A DNA stretch of 64,000 nucleotides from Paramecium tetraurelia. Its lineage: Eukaryota. Both the position numbers and the translations under genes were made by a program. How positions within the stretch are numbered: the first letter of the stretch is position 1; every line of letters begins with the position of its first letter. The notes beneath the pieces are model-generated. The model worked only from the letters and a program-made list of their open reading frames with translations. It made no database searches and was not told the origin of the DNA. The DNA is taken from contig CT868026.1 in NCBI GenBank assembly GCA_000165425.1, forward strand, positions 186,001 through 250,000, in the 5' to 3' direction. Of the stretch, positions 38,041-51,500 are shown in pieces.

Positions 38041-38259
38041 TCAGGCACTTTTTCCATTCCCAATTATTTTTTGCTTGATCAACTGCTGATTCCTCTCCAT
38101 ATGAGTTTTCAATTCCACTTCCATCTATTCCAATCTCACAATGTTTTTCTCCAATTTGTCGACTTATTGTGATATCGTCTCATGACAAGGATAAAGGACC
38201 AATGCCTAAAAGCACAAAGCAGTGAAGCCTATCGCAAAATTCATTTTGATTATTCCCAT
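38041..38259 (-). CDS. 72-aa single-TM microprotein (VLYPCH variant), paralogue of 37580-37771
   Basis: MGIIKMNFAIGFTALCFQALVLYPCHETISQQVDKLEKNIVRLEQMEVELKTHMERNQQLIKQKIIGNGKSA. Confidence 0.75.
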
Positions 38260-38961
38260 CGATCTGAAATTGATTTATTTTAATAATTGTGTATAAAAAC
38301 TTACGAATTTTGATTTTATATTCCAAAATTTATAATATTATGTTATATTTATATAACTATCATTTATAGTTATTCTGTTGATTATTAACTTAAATTACTC
38401 CGTTAAACTTTAAAAAACTCAAATTCTTCTTATTCACAGTACAACCTCCTACTTTGAAATGAAGAACTCTCCTCCCTCTACTGCAATGCGTTTATCATTT
38501 AAAACGGAATCTGATACGCAGTACATTCTCAAATAGGCATGTCAAATATGTCAAATAAAATTATATAATGATATATAAGATTATGGGGAATAATTACATG
38601 GGAGAGATTATAATATGATGAAAGAAAGATAAGAGTGTGTTTGTTAATAGATCTAGATTTATTTTTGATTCAAATCTAAAATATGAGTATTATTATTCCT
38701 CCTTCTTCAATTTAATTTAATGGCATTTTAGATAATTAATGAGTACATCATACTTTTAATCATGATTTTCAAAGTCAAAAGATTAATTTTATTTGACATA
38801 ATTCTTAAAGGAATTATAATTATTATTGATTACTTGGATCTTTAAAAATATATTTTGATAAAATGAAATAGTGATTAGAATGTAAGTTTGAAGGAAATCT
38901 CGTAAAATTTCAGCATTTTTTGGAATTAACAAAGAATTTTTATAATAAATATATATATATC

Positions 38962-41092
38962 TCATAATATTGATTTGTAATAATCAGCTTCTACTTTAGA
39001 TTGTGTCTTAACTCGTTTTTTATGTTTATTTTAGTCATCTTTGCTTTATATACTATGTAAGGGATGGTATGTATTAATAGAATCTGTCAACATAAATCCT
39101 TGCACTTGATTTTCTGACAATCTGTCTAATCTAGAACTCATTGATTTAGATTTCATAAATGATTAATAATTTGACTTTATGATATCTACTTTAGATGAAA
39201 TATTCGGATTCACAACTCTTATATGTTATTTAGCTACTTTTATTTAAGGTAATTATTAAGAATCTTCTTCATATGATTGCCTAATAGAAAACTAATCTCT
39301 ATTTGTTGCAAAGGAAGGGAACTATTTAAGACGAACTGACTGCAAGAGATCTTTGACACTGCTGTTTTATTTACTAAAATACGGTGTCTTGGCTCTACAT
39401 ATTGCAAGAATAGATACTTAGGTTTGGCAGGTTAAAACTATTCAAATTACTTTTCAACTCTTATCAAAAGACACTTTTAGAAATTGTCTCCAGCCAATTT
39501 GAGCATGTTAAATTCCTCTTATTTCTCCCCAAATTGTTCATCTAATTTAGTGTGTTAATCAATGATGGATTTATTTTATTCAACCATTTGCTGTTTAGAG
39601 AGTTTTGATTAAAACGTAGAGCGTAGAATAGGTTATGACAGAAATGGCTTAGCTTCTTCTTTGCCAAACTCATTTGCGTATCTCCTTTCAACAGCCAGAG
39701 CTTCTTCCTTTTTTGTAAGATAGAAGTTACAACTCTTAGTTTTCACAATGTCCTCTATTCTCCTTCTGAAAAGTTAGCTGTTTCTTTATTGGAGGGAATT
39801 CAAAGCCTAGAAAAACTCTGGAAATGTCTTCCTGACAATATGATAATTCTCAAAATAATGAAAATGATATTTTACTTCTAGAGAAAGACAAAAACAATTG
39901 CAAATAGTTAATGTTTTTACTGAATAATCTCTTCTCTCCTTTTTTTAGACCACTTCTGTTTCACCAACAAAGCAGCCTCCTGTCAGATTGGCCAAGATGA
40001 TGGTTTCCTTGATATCCTTGATTTCTGGTTTAGAACTTTGGAATATAGACATCAATGTAAAATCTACGTTGTTCTGAGTGGGTGGTTTTGGATATTCAAC
40101 ATTTTGCAATAGTTACATTTCTCCATCTTTCAAGAGTAGGAATCCATCTGTTTCATCTCCTTATTTCCAAATGAAAAAGTTAGCTGGAAATTTGGCAGAT
40201 GTAAAATACAAAATGAGTTTGGACATTTTATGTTTCGTCATGTGAGGAAACATTTTTAAAAAGTAGTCTATTTTCTATTGGAGTGCTTTCATTCCCTTTT
40301 CTCCAACTTACTATAGTTATGGATTGGAATTACCTTGAAATTAGCCTTGGATAAGGATAGCAATTTTAGATCAGTTAAGCCAAATATACTGGCAGTTCTG
40401 GGCTTATCGTTAGTTAATGCCATTTCTCCGAAGATTGTTCCTGATTGCTTTTAGGCCACCAACATAAATTTGCAGATTCCTTGGTTGGTGAAATATTTTT
40501 CAAAGTTTCCCGATCGAAATAATATTAGTTCAGAATCGATGACTTTTTGTGGTTTGGCCTACTTTTTAATTACTTAACCATAGAATTTCATTAAATCGTC
40601 TCCTTACAATTGAGAGACAGATTCCAAATGCAGCTTTTCGAGCATCTTTAATATTCTTGGTTAAGCAGCTGCTTCATCGGCTTCAATCGATGCTGGTTGT
40701 CTTCTAATATAGATTCCTGCCCTGCCACTCAGAACAATATAGAATTTGTCACCAACATCATCTACATATGATGCCAATATCTACCAATGTGAAACACAGG
40801 GGAATCTTTTGGGATGAATTCGTAAATGAGGTTTTGGCAGCATAATTTTGTAAACTCCATTAAGGTTTGAGTGTCAGGACAATTCTCCTTAAAAAAATCA
40901 ATAACCTGAAGTATTTTGGCGATAATGTCGATTTATTCCTCAGATAAATATTGGTAATCTTGATAAATTTAGACAACGGGCTTTTTATTATTGTGATTTC
41001 ATGCATACTTAAAATAATTCTTCCTTTGCCAATGCCTGATCTTCCTGTTCCTTCTCAAAATCTTTGGTTAATCCTCTTTTAAGTTTCGACAT
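38962..41092 (-). CDS. Tandem cyclic nucleotide-binding domain protein
   Basis: VGDKFYIVLSGRAGIY, FGEMALTNDKPRTASI and a second domain GDETDGFLLLKDGEM...GCFVGETE. Confidence 0.85.
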
Positions 41093-41161
41093 TTATTTAT
41101 ATACTATATAATGACTGATTATATTATTATTTAATCTGAAATAAAATTATATATGTGTATT

Positions 41162-43989
41162 TCATTCAATCTTAGTCTATAATACTTTAATTTTGTCTCC
41201 CAAATTAATAACGATTTCCCTGACCTTGCTTCTGATCCTCACAAATCCTTGTAATTTATCATTTACCACCTCAGCACTCACATTAAGTACGAAATCGTCA
41301 TCTAAACATTAAATCCTAAATGCTTACCAAATTTCGTCTACGCATACATGTTAACACAAATAATATTGCCTTTGGGATGGTTCTCTTCAATAGGTCTCAC
41401 CTTCAATTGCTTTTCCAGGAATTGCACATACTTAAAGGGATCACTACATTATCTATGATATATCAATACTTTTGATTGGTGTTGATCACGATCCTATTTT
41501 CCCATTCGTACTTAGCCCAGAACTTTCTGAATTGCTCGATCGAAACAGTGGCAGGTATGATGAAATCAATCAAATCTACATTGATCTCCTTAGTCACCAA
41601 ATAGGCCTATTCGATTCCTGCATTGTTCTCATAATGAATAGCCCCATACACCACTCCGATATCTTGTGACGAGAACTTGATGGTCGTTCTAACTCTGGCC
41701 GATTAATTAGGCTGTAAGATGACACCCTAGGCCTTCTCTATGACCTTGCTTTCTCCCTGAGTCCTAAACTCCACCTAGACATTTTGAACCATCTTCGACC
41801 ATCTATTGACCATGAGGACTTCGAATTGTATGTCGTATTTATGCACATTAACAAATGCCTCAGCATAGATGGGATCACAATAGCCAGTCAATTAGACTAT
41901 GTGTCCTAATCTGGAGACATAAGTATTCTCCTCCTATTTGGTAGCAACGGATGTTTCATCATCGGCCAAATCAATTTCATTGAACTCAGAAACTCCCTTT
42001 AGTTATCTAATGATGATGGGATCATCGGGTTGTTTGAGAATCTTGTCATAATTTTGATGAGCTCCGAAATGGGCATTCTACTCAGGAATGACCTCAGACT
42101 TTTTGTATTGTTCTAACAATTTATCTTATGGATTCTTGCCAGTTAGGATTCTGATGCTGGATGTGATGGTCTCTAAAGTATCCTGATCAATTTTGGCAGT
42201 GTTCTTTTGATAGTAACGCAAGAGTGAGCAGAAGATCAAGAGCATCTAACTGGAGTACTTGTTGAATTCTTGAATCTTAGATAAGAGTTTCATGAAGGCT
42301 CTACTCAAGGAGGAAGCAAGGAAAGAGTTTTGCATCAACAATTCTCTTAATTTGGATACATGTTCTTCAGTGTCTTGCTTCTCAATCACTTGAGTGCCAT
42401 AAGTACCATCAGGGAGGATCACAGTTTTGACTACCTATTTGCTTTCATCTTCCTATTTGACCACAGCCTTATCATGTTCAAGAGGGAGATTTCCTATGGC
42501 CTTTTTGATTTGATTGAATGATCGAATAGGATTGACACTGTAATCCCCGAGAACTGTGAATGTGGCCTTGTATAATTCCATGTGGTGGATATCCAAGAAT
42601 CGATTAGAAAGTGCAGTTACGATTTTATGTTGAATTGGCTAATCAGATAATTAAACTAATTTGACTAGTGTCTGTCCAGCTAATTGAGCACATTGATCAT
42701 CCATTTTATTGTTGCAAATGATGGAATCAATGAAGGTTTGGGCTACAACTTCATGGACCTGAGGGAATTTATGAATCATTGGGTTGATCAATTATAACAT
42801 CAATATCTTGTATTCAGATTAATCATTTAAATTCTAGCATTTTTGGAATTCCTTCTGCAATGATTGAGCCAACAAGACAACATTTTCGTGTTTCAATTAA
42901 AAGAGTTTTAACACTTTTCTCCTAATATCGATACTCTATTAATTAAGCAAATAGGAGAGGTCTTAGGTCCTATCCTCAAGGACTCTAGGATTCAATTGAT
43001 TGACAGCCTCTAATCTGTCCAAAATGACCAATTTGATATTGTTGTCAGTCTGAGAGTTGATCAAAGACATGTAGATTTGCACAGCAATTTTTAATGATGC
43101 TAAACTGGGTGACACAGCAAAGAGAGTGTTGGCACATTCATATTAGACAGATGCTGATTTGGACTTTGAAAATTGATAAATGGACTTCAATAACTTAGGT
43201 TTTTGTAGTGGATCCTTTTTGCACACTTTTCTAAACAATTCCAAGATGGATAATTGGAGTATGTCTCCAAATTAATTGCTGTCATCTGAATAGTTGATGT
43301 TTAAGTAGTCGAGTGCCTTTTGTTGATTGGCATGGAAGAGCAATAAGAAGGCATTCCTTTTAGTGGATAAATCTGTTTCATTCAATAACAATTTCTCCAT
43401 CAGTTCATCCAAGTCTGAGATTAAATCATCTCCAAAGTTCAGGAATATTTCATAGAGACACACCACGGCATTCCTTCTCACATACACATGTTTGTGAGTA
43501 ACATTCTCTACGATTGCTGTTTGCAATGGCTCCAGGATTCCCTATTTTATTAATTGTGATTCAATACACGCAATTGAATTCTGCTCAAGAGTTTGAGTGT
43601 TCTCCCTCTGATGTACTCGTTTGGATGCAACAAGTCCTTCCTTAAACTATTGCATACGAGGATCATTTCCTCCTTCAATGAACCATTTGGATGAGTTTTC
43701 TCAATTACTTCCCAATAGAAGAGGAGAATCTTTTTCAATGAATGTGTCTCATCTGACAATGGCACCAGTGAGTTGATAACGTTCATCACCATACGAGGCA
43801 TTTATTCATCATGGATTATCTGAATAACGAGCGATTTCAATGCCTAATCAATAGATTGTGGAATCCTACTTTCAATTTATCATCGAACTTCCCTGTGTCG
43901 AATGCCTTTGCTATCTCCTGTGAACTCATCGGAGCATCCTCGGGAATTACATATACGCTGCACATTCTATCCACTTTCACTTAAGTCAT
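41162..43989 (-). CDS. COPB1: Coatomer subunit beta (beta-COP)
   Basis: LKKILLFYWEVIEK, MILVCNSLRKDLLHPNEYIRGRTL, HVYVRRNAV, ILPDGTYGTQ, QLTGYCDPIYAEA, C-terminal RIRSKVREIVINLGDKI. Confidence 0.96.
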
Positions 43990-44050
43990 TATTAATCAAA
44001 TAATATATTATATACGTGGCAATTTTACTTATTACAAGCACATTTAATAT

Positions 44051-44968
44051 TCACAATTATTCCAACCACTATTTATTTTCAGCATCGATAGTTTCATAAC
44101 TATCCATTCCAGAAAAGTCCTTGATTTTTGGATCAGCTCCATTTTTTAACAACAATTCCAAAATCTCCTGATTCCCAGAAAGACAAGCATAATGCAAGGC
44201 AGTCATCCCAGACACACTCTCCTATACGTTCATCAAATTGTGTTATTTGTAATAAGGAATCAACAATTTCAGAGCTTCAACATTTTCAATGTCCACCACA
44301 GCATGAATCAATTTAATTTTTTGTTGATTCTCACTCTGCAAATATTTCACATCATTGTGAGTCTACAGCAATTCCCCCAATTTGTCAGTATTTTCAAGTG
44401 AATCCAAAATCTCCTAAAATATTTGTTGTTCCTTCTCATTCAATTAAAACTCCTATTCTATTGTCTACCCAGTCTTATTAATCTTCTCTATGAATGCCTC
44501 ATTAGTGTCATGTTCCGCATTCTTCATCGTACTCACCTTCATTCCGAATTGCGAATTCTGAGCACTCCCTGTATCGCACTCAACCCCACTCTCTAAATAT
44601 TATTGTATTTATTTTATGTATAACTTCTCGGCATCTCCCTTCTTTACCCCTTTACACTTCGACCACGCAGTCCATTTGGCATGATCCTAGAGATGCAAAC
44701 GCATAGGCTCTGGAATATTGCAATCCCCCACAGTCGCCTACTTGTATAAACTATAGAGCCACAATTGATCCGGCTAACTCAAACCGACCAAAGTTCTCCC
44801 CTTTCGTGCAGCCTCCTTAAACTCCTCAGAGAATTCAGACAAATCAGTCTCCTAATTCAGTTTTGGCTGTCTCTTCCAAAATAACAAACTTCCCCCTATT
44901 GCAGCTATTGTTATCCCAACCATCCATGTCAACTTTTAATTCAATTTCCCCAACATTTTAAAAATCAT
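44051..44968 (-). CDS. Acyl-CoA-binding domain plus ankyrin-repeat protein with an N-terminal TM anchor
   Basis: LYSLYKQATVGDCNIPEP...AKWTAW (ACBP) and GMTALHYACLSGNQEILELLLKNGADP (ankyrin); alternative start at 44956. Confidence 0.9.
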
Positions 44969-44988
44969 ATAATAATAATAATTATCAT

Positions 44989-47589
44989 TCATAACAATTA
45001 CACATCAGCTATAAAAAACTCTTAATTATTCATTTCCACATCCTCGAACCTACTCTGCAAATCAATAAATTGCTGCGAAATAATCAGAGTCTTGATACTC
45101 GTGTTCTTGTCCAAACTTTCCAAGATCACTTAAATGTCGTTGATCCTATTGCAATTCACATCCAGTAATTCAAGAGAGATCGAATCCTTTAAACAAGCCG
45201 TAAACTGCAATAACTCATCCAATTCAAGATGACTTAAGTGGACACTCCTAAAACAATCGTGCTTAATTATCAATTCCCCCAATTATTCAATATTCTGAAT
45301 CGAGTTCTCAGATATGTCCAATTATATCTTTATTATTTCTATTATCGGATCCATTGAGTTCTCATAAAAGTCTTTCAGCAACTACAAGTTGTACCTATTG
45401 TACTGCCCCGTCTTATTCTTCAATTTCTTGATCATCTTAGACAATGTCTTTTACTTATTGTAGAACAACTCATTCTCCAATGCTGGAATCTCCAAAGCCT
45501 TACAGAACATCACATCAATCGCATTGAACAAATCATTGAAATTCGTTGCCCCAATATTCTTGAAGTTCATCAAAGTCAGCAATTCTAACTCCATCGAATC
45601 CGACTTCCTTGAAATCTGATGTCTTCGATAACCAGGACTAATGCTCTCCAAATTATTAGTACTGTTATCCCAAAATTGTAAGTATCGTTGCTGAATGCAA
45701 TTGGCAATTATCTCTATGCCTTCATTTCCGATCCCTTGATTGTCATTCAAATAGATGTGATTCAAAGCAAAAGAGTTTTGATTCATCAAAAAGCTTCCGA
45801 ATTCCTTTATCACCAAAGTTGTCAATTGACAATTGCTCAAATCGATTAACTTCAATCTATTCTTATTCTTCTTAAAATATTATAGTAATTAGATAGTTGC
45901 AATTGGACCTAATTGACTGTTTGATAATATCAATTAATAAATCTTATGGTTCATTAAACTATCGAATATAATCTGGGTGTATTTTGTTATGTAACATAAA
46001 GGTAGCGCATTTTAAATACCTTCTATTTGCAAAGCATTATTAGAGATGTTGAAAGTAGTAAGGTTTTCATTGAAAAAATAATCAACCATACTAATGGAAG
46101 GTGATTTGTCAAACAATCTACAAATCATCCACAAGTTATTTAAATATGCTTTATAGGCTATTTAATTGGAAATGGATCTTCTCCAAATTTATCCCACATA
46201 GGGCTTCTCCAATTTAATTGTTAAAGATCTATCTAATAATTTAACTATATATGTAGATCCTTCCTCTTTGATTAATGCGTCATCCAGTTATCCTATTCCT
46301 CTTGCTACCTTATCAGTTTTCAAATGATACCAAACCAAATGAAATCCTCTTTGTTCCAACCAACAAATGTGAAATTCCTGTGATTTTCCCTTCTATTTTA
46401 AAAAGTACTCTCCTTTTTGCAATTTGTCAATACCTCCTTTTCCCATCTTTGATCCTGCTTACAAGTTGACATTTGTAGTCTCCTTCAAATGATCCTTTAT
46501 AGCCCTTTGAGCCTAATACCCTTAATTGTGGGGAATCATTTACACATTATAATCTTTCAATTGTTCAGTGGTTATAAATTGGAGATGTTCCAACTTTTTG
46601 GATCTCTCTTGTTTTTTTGCTTAAGCCTTGACTTTCTTCTCAATTTTTTTGATTTTGTTTTCTGAACTTTATTCTGTGAATTCTGATTCATTGGAAATGG
46701 GTTGAATTTTATAGGCTTGAGAGGGGAGATTATGAACGATGATTTAATCTTGGATGATGTTGATGGACTTGATGTAGTTGTAATCTAGGGCATCTAGAAT
46801 TAACTCTCGAAGAATCAAGTAAATATTATATTGGCGAGTCAATGCAGAGGGTATGTTCTGATTGTGCATGAGATTGAATTGTTGGATTCGATTAAGGAAT
46901 GAAAATTTGAAATGCTGATCAATTTTGACTTGCTATTCAACAAACTATTGTTCATTCTGTTCTTCTTCGATTTGATTTTCTACTAGCAGGACTTCATAAA
47001 TATTTTTGTCTTCTCTGTAAATTTGTCTATTGATTTGATATGGTATGATGTTGATATTCAATTCCATTTCATTTTTAAATATGAAATGAATTTGCTCTTT
47101 GGTGTTAAATATTTTATAGATTTGCTATTGATTCTCATCCAATAATTGTCCATTAATTTTAGTCACTTGCAATTGAGAGGGTTTTTTGGAAAATCTTCTG
47201 TAGAAGTTAATTTTATTGCTGACTGAGAGTGCAACCTTTGTTTGGTTAATTTGATCATATTTAATGTTGAGTTTTTGCATCATTGAGTTGATCAAATGGA
47301 ATTCCACAAAACCAGTGTCATTGGCAGATTGCATGATGGCTTGCAATTGCTATTACTTTTAATTGAAACTCTGTTGTCTTTCCTTGAGTTATTGTTGTAC
47401 AATGATTTTTGAATCAATGAATTTCTGGTCCTTGTGGAGTTAGACTTTGTGCTTGGATTGATTAAGAATGGCTTGAGTTTACTTGAGCATCTCCTCAGGA
47501 GCAAGTTTTGGTTGTTCCTTTGTTTCACTTACAAACAAACATTTCTTTATTGTCTGTAGGTTTTATTCAGTTTATTTAATTTTATTCAT
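44989..47589 (-). CDS. PH-domain plus RNI-like leucine-rich-repeat protein
   Basis: GEYFLKQKGKSQEFHICWLEQRGFHLVWY...IWRRSI (PH-like); LKLIDLSNCQL, LNHIYLNDNQGIGNEG and LKLLDVNCNRI (LRR). Confidence 0.7.
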
Positions 47590-47673
47590 ATATGTCAACT
47601 GATGTTGATTACTATACTAAATAGCGAAGCATATCATAATTGCCTTAACGCAGACATCAACACTTAGATTGTT

Positions 47674-48029
47674 ATGACATCATTACATAAGACCAACATT
47701 ATTAAGATTTGGTGAATTTAGCTGCAAAGTTCAGGTATAACAGATTGGATCGCTTTAAAATGTTCGTCCTTAATGGGATGCTCTAGCGAAACCAGGCGCT
47801 TTAATGCTAAATAGAGAGGTGTTTTCGTCGTGGAACTAGACTCCAGACAGAAGAAAGAGTCTTGCAACCAATTAAGCAAGGAATACGTCGAACCTCATTG
47901 ATTGATTACCCGCATTTGGGACGAAAAACTGTAGAGAGATTGAAGATTTAGTAAGAGAAAAACAAAAAATTAATGAAAGCAATTCATCGCAATAACGAAA
48001 ATGAAATTTCCACACTCACCACGGAGTGA
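47674..48029 (+). CDS. Small basic hypothetical protein of about 110 aa
   Basis: Removing a 23-nt GT..AG intron gives a 333-nt frame MTSLHKTNIIKIWYNRLDRF...ISTLTTE-TGA. Confidence 0.5.
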
Positions 48030-48471
48030 GAGTCATTTGATCACAATATTATTACTTAGATTTACATTTAGGTACTAATATCGGTTTTTGGTTTGACATC
48101 TTAACTTTACTATTCATATTTTATTTCTTCTATATCAAACAAGGCAAAGGTTGAATGTGAGTAACAATTGGTTCTTATTTTTAATCCAATGATTTGTTCT
48201 CACAAACACTGTTTGCTCTTTTAGTTCGCGATCCATCATTTGAAGTGCTTCTTAACGACCTCTTGGGCTTGTACATCTCCTTCCGAGGAGACCATCTCTT
48301 CAACTATTTTAAATATATCGGGATTGTCGGTTCTAATTGTAACAAAGTTGTGTAATCCATCTTCGTATGTTCAACTAAGTTCTGAAAAAGATGTTTATTC
48401 AGTGTTGGCTATTGTGATTGTAAGTATGTTCTCTGCACGCTTAATAAACTTAATCCTAATTGAGCATTCAT
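48016..48471 (-). CDS. Hypothetical protein, 151 aa
   Basis: Intronless 456-nt ORF MNAQLGLSLL...QMTLTPW-TGA. Confidence 0.6.
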
Positions 48472-48833
48472 TTATATATTATTTTATATTATAAATTATT
48501 TAACTCCTCAATACTTGTATGCACGCATTTCATTCAATGTTGTGTGGCACATTTACATTTAATTTCGATCAGGAATCTCAAAGGAAATAGGATAAAAATA
48601 ATACTGTACACTATATATGAAAAATTACTAAAATTAATATTCTTGAGATCGTTATCAAATCTAACCTCAGAAAAGAGAACCTCTGTAGGTACTCATAGAA
48701 CTTTCTTATGTTTTTAATATTTAAATAATCTCAATCTACAAGTTCTTATTCTATCAAATTAATGCTGTATTCTACATTACACTATATGGCAGTATTAGTT
48801 CTGATATTAAATAATCAATATTATAATATTAGA

Positions 48834-50779
48834 ATGAGTTTAATTTATCAAGGCTAAAAGACATTCGTTAAAAAGGTAGAGATTTGCAAAATAAATAATT
48901 TGGAAATTGTATTAGGAAGTGGAGGGCAGGCTACTGTTTATAAGGCTATGATGACTATTCAATAATCGGATCAAACTGAGAGATAAATAGATATTGCTTT
49001 AAAAAGAATTTTACTACCTAAATCCAACAATTTCAGACAAAGAATGTCTGAATTAATCAAAAGAGAACAATCTGTTTATAGATCTATAAAATCTCCTTAT
49101 ATTATTAAATTATATGGAACAAATTTAAACTACTAAAAAAAAAGGCTAGAGGATCTAGAATATTTGGATTTTTATTTTGAACTATGTGATGGCTGTCTGG
49201 CCGAGCTAATCAGGGATAGAGACAAGGGAATAGATGTACCCCTCACAGAGGAAAGTGCATTGGAAATCTTTGAATCGGTTGTAGAGGTCGAATTGTTATT
49301 GGAAAAATCATCCTTTATGAGATCAACTACAGTTTATTAGGGCTTGTTTCATAGAGATATTAATGTTAAAAATATCCTTTTTAAAAAGAAAAAGCATAAA
49401 ATCGAGGTCAAAGTTTGTGATTTTGGTGTTGCCAACTATGAGTATGATCAATTAAATCCTAATAATCGGATTGATTTAACTTAAAAAGTCGGAACCCTTG
49501 TAATATTTTTAGTTATTTCTAGTCTTTCACAAGTCCAGAAAATATACTCTAGTAAATATATAATTCACAGAAAAACGAAGCCTGGTCGTTGGGTGTACTT
49601 CTGTTTTGTTTGCTAACAGGATTATCATATTATAAAAATGTGTTACATCTTTTCAACAATAATAATGATCATCATAAATTAATTGAAAAGATGTAAATCT
49701 AAAGGTACACAAAAGAACTATTAATCAATCTATTACAAATTGATCCGGAAAAAAGATGGGCATACGATGAAATTGTTTCATCCAAATGGTATACTCTATT
49801 TGGTTAAAAGAAATGTAAGATTTTGGAGAGAATAGAGCCTACCCTAAAATTTAGACAAAAGTGTTTTAATGAGCTGTCCCTCAAATTGATAGAATATAAC
49901 TAATTTATTGATTAAAACAAACAGTAATCATTAGAATTTTAAATCCCATAAGATCTGCTACTGATAACAATAAAGAATTATGAATTGTGGTCTTGGAAAT
50001 AATTAGAAAAGTATAGTGGAAGTTATTGTTATGAATTCCAAAGTTAAGAAGAAATTGCAGAGTAAACAGCTTGTAAGGATGAGATTAAAAGCTATGAAAA
50101 AAACTTAATTAGAATTACGCAAGAACTCAGGGATTTTTTCTTATAGATTACATCTAATTAGAACTAAAAACATGAGAACTAAGAAAAAACGAAATATGAA
50201 GTTAGGAAAGAGGAGGCTATGAAAATTCAATAATTTTGGAGTAAAATTATATGTAATTCAACAACTACCTCTCATTATAAACCAGATGCTCTGTATTATT
50301 ATATGCATTTATTTGAAGAAATGGAACAGAAATTATTAAGTCGTTTGTCAATATTTTTAATTTAGAATCACTATAACCCAATAAATTTCAAACCTAGTAG
50401 TCTAAACAAAATTCCAGTCTAAATTTCGAAGTTATAAAATATATCTGAAGCCTTCTCGTAAACTTTGGTTCAGAAGGAAATATTAATAAAATAAAATTTG
50501 GAATAATTAGTAGCTTAAAATTCAAAAGATAATTAGGATAAGGTTACGATAGAAAAAAAGCTTAGCTAATTAAAAGAGGAAGTTGATGAACTAAAAATTT
50601 AAGTTGATGAATGCACAGCCACAATAAAATAAAAATAAAAAATACTTTAAATCCTAGAATAACAAAAATAACTTCAAACGATATTGAAGATGTTAAAAGA
50701 AATAAAATAGAAATTTAATCGCTATTATTATTGGAAAAAAGAGGTAGAATATTTGTAAATCTTTCAAAACGATAATTGA
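48834..50779 (+). CDS. Ser/Thr protein kinase with a C-terminal coiled coil
   Basis: LGSGGQATVY, IALK, HRDINVKN, DFG, GT..FTSPE, EAWSLG and DPEKR; at least one tiny intron. Confidence 0.9.
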
Positions 50780-51500
50780 TCTAAATTCAAATTTCATATT
50801 TAGATATATAATTCTTATTTTCGTAATTTTTTATTGTTGTTTAATAATTGCAAATTCATTATGACTTTCTTAGAAGATTACATTTTAATAAACTTGATTC
50901 TTACGATAATTAAGTTTTTTAAACATTCCATTTTTTGTTAGGAAAATGATTATAATAGACATAATTACAACTAAATTAATATCTAAATTAAACAAAATAT
51001 TGAATAAAGTAAATATTACTTATTAATGTTTTAGTAATATATAATTCTTAATAAATACAAGTTCTTTATTATTGTAAATTGAAAAATTAAAAATTATAAA
51101 AAAGAAAAACAAAGTTTAACAATTCATTTGAAATTCATCTATATATATTAATAAAATTAATTAATTGATTAAAATGAAATCATATATTATTAATCAAATA
51201 TTAATTTAATTTTAATTCATCAAACTTTAATTTAAATGATTTCTTCTATTTAAATTTAACGTATTCCAAGGATCTTGATCATAATGAAATTAAATAGTCG
51301 AAGTATTTGGAGATATAAGAAAATATTAGTTTTTATTATAATATATACAGGGTTTTTTATTTCACTAATGTGTAACAATTCTTAAACTAAAAATGTTTTG
51401 CTCTTTTCAAATAGTTTTTTTTTAAGTAATAGCCTAACAACATGCCTTTTTTATTATTATAAAATGATAAATAATTTACATACACAAATGAAATATAAAA

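Noticed and set aside
49340..49600. Kinase at 48834 as a pseudokinase (HRDINVKN, EAWSLG)
   Set aside because: The catalytic Lys, HRD Asp, Asn and DFG are all present; the substitutions are peripheral.
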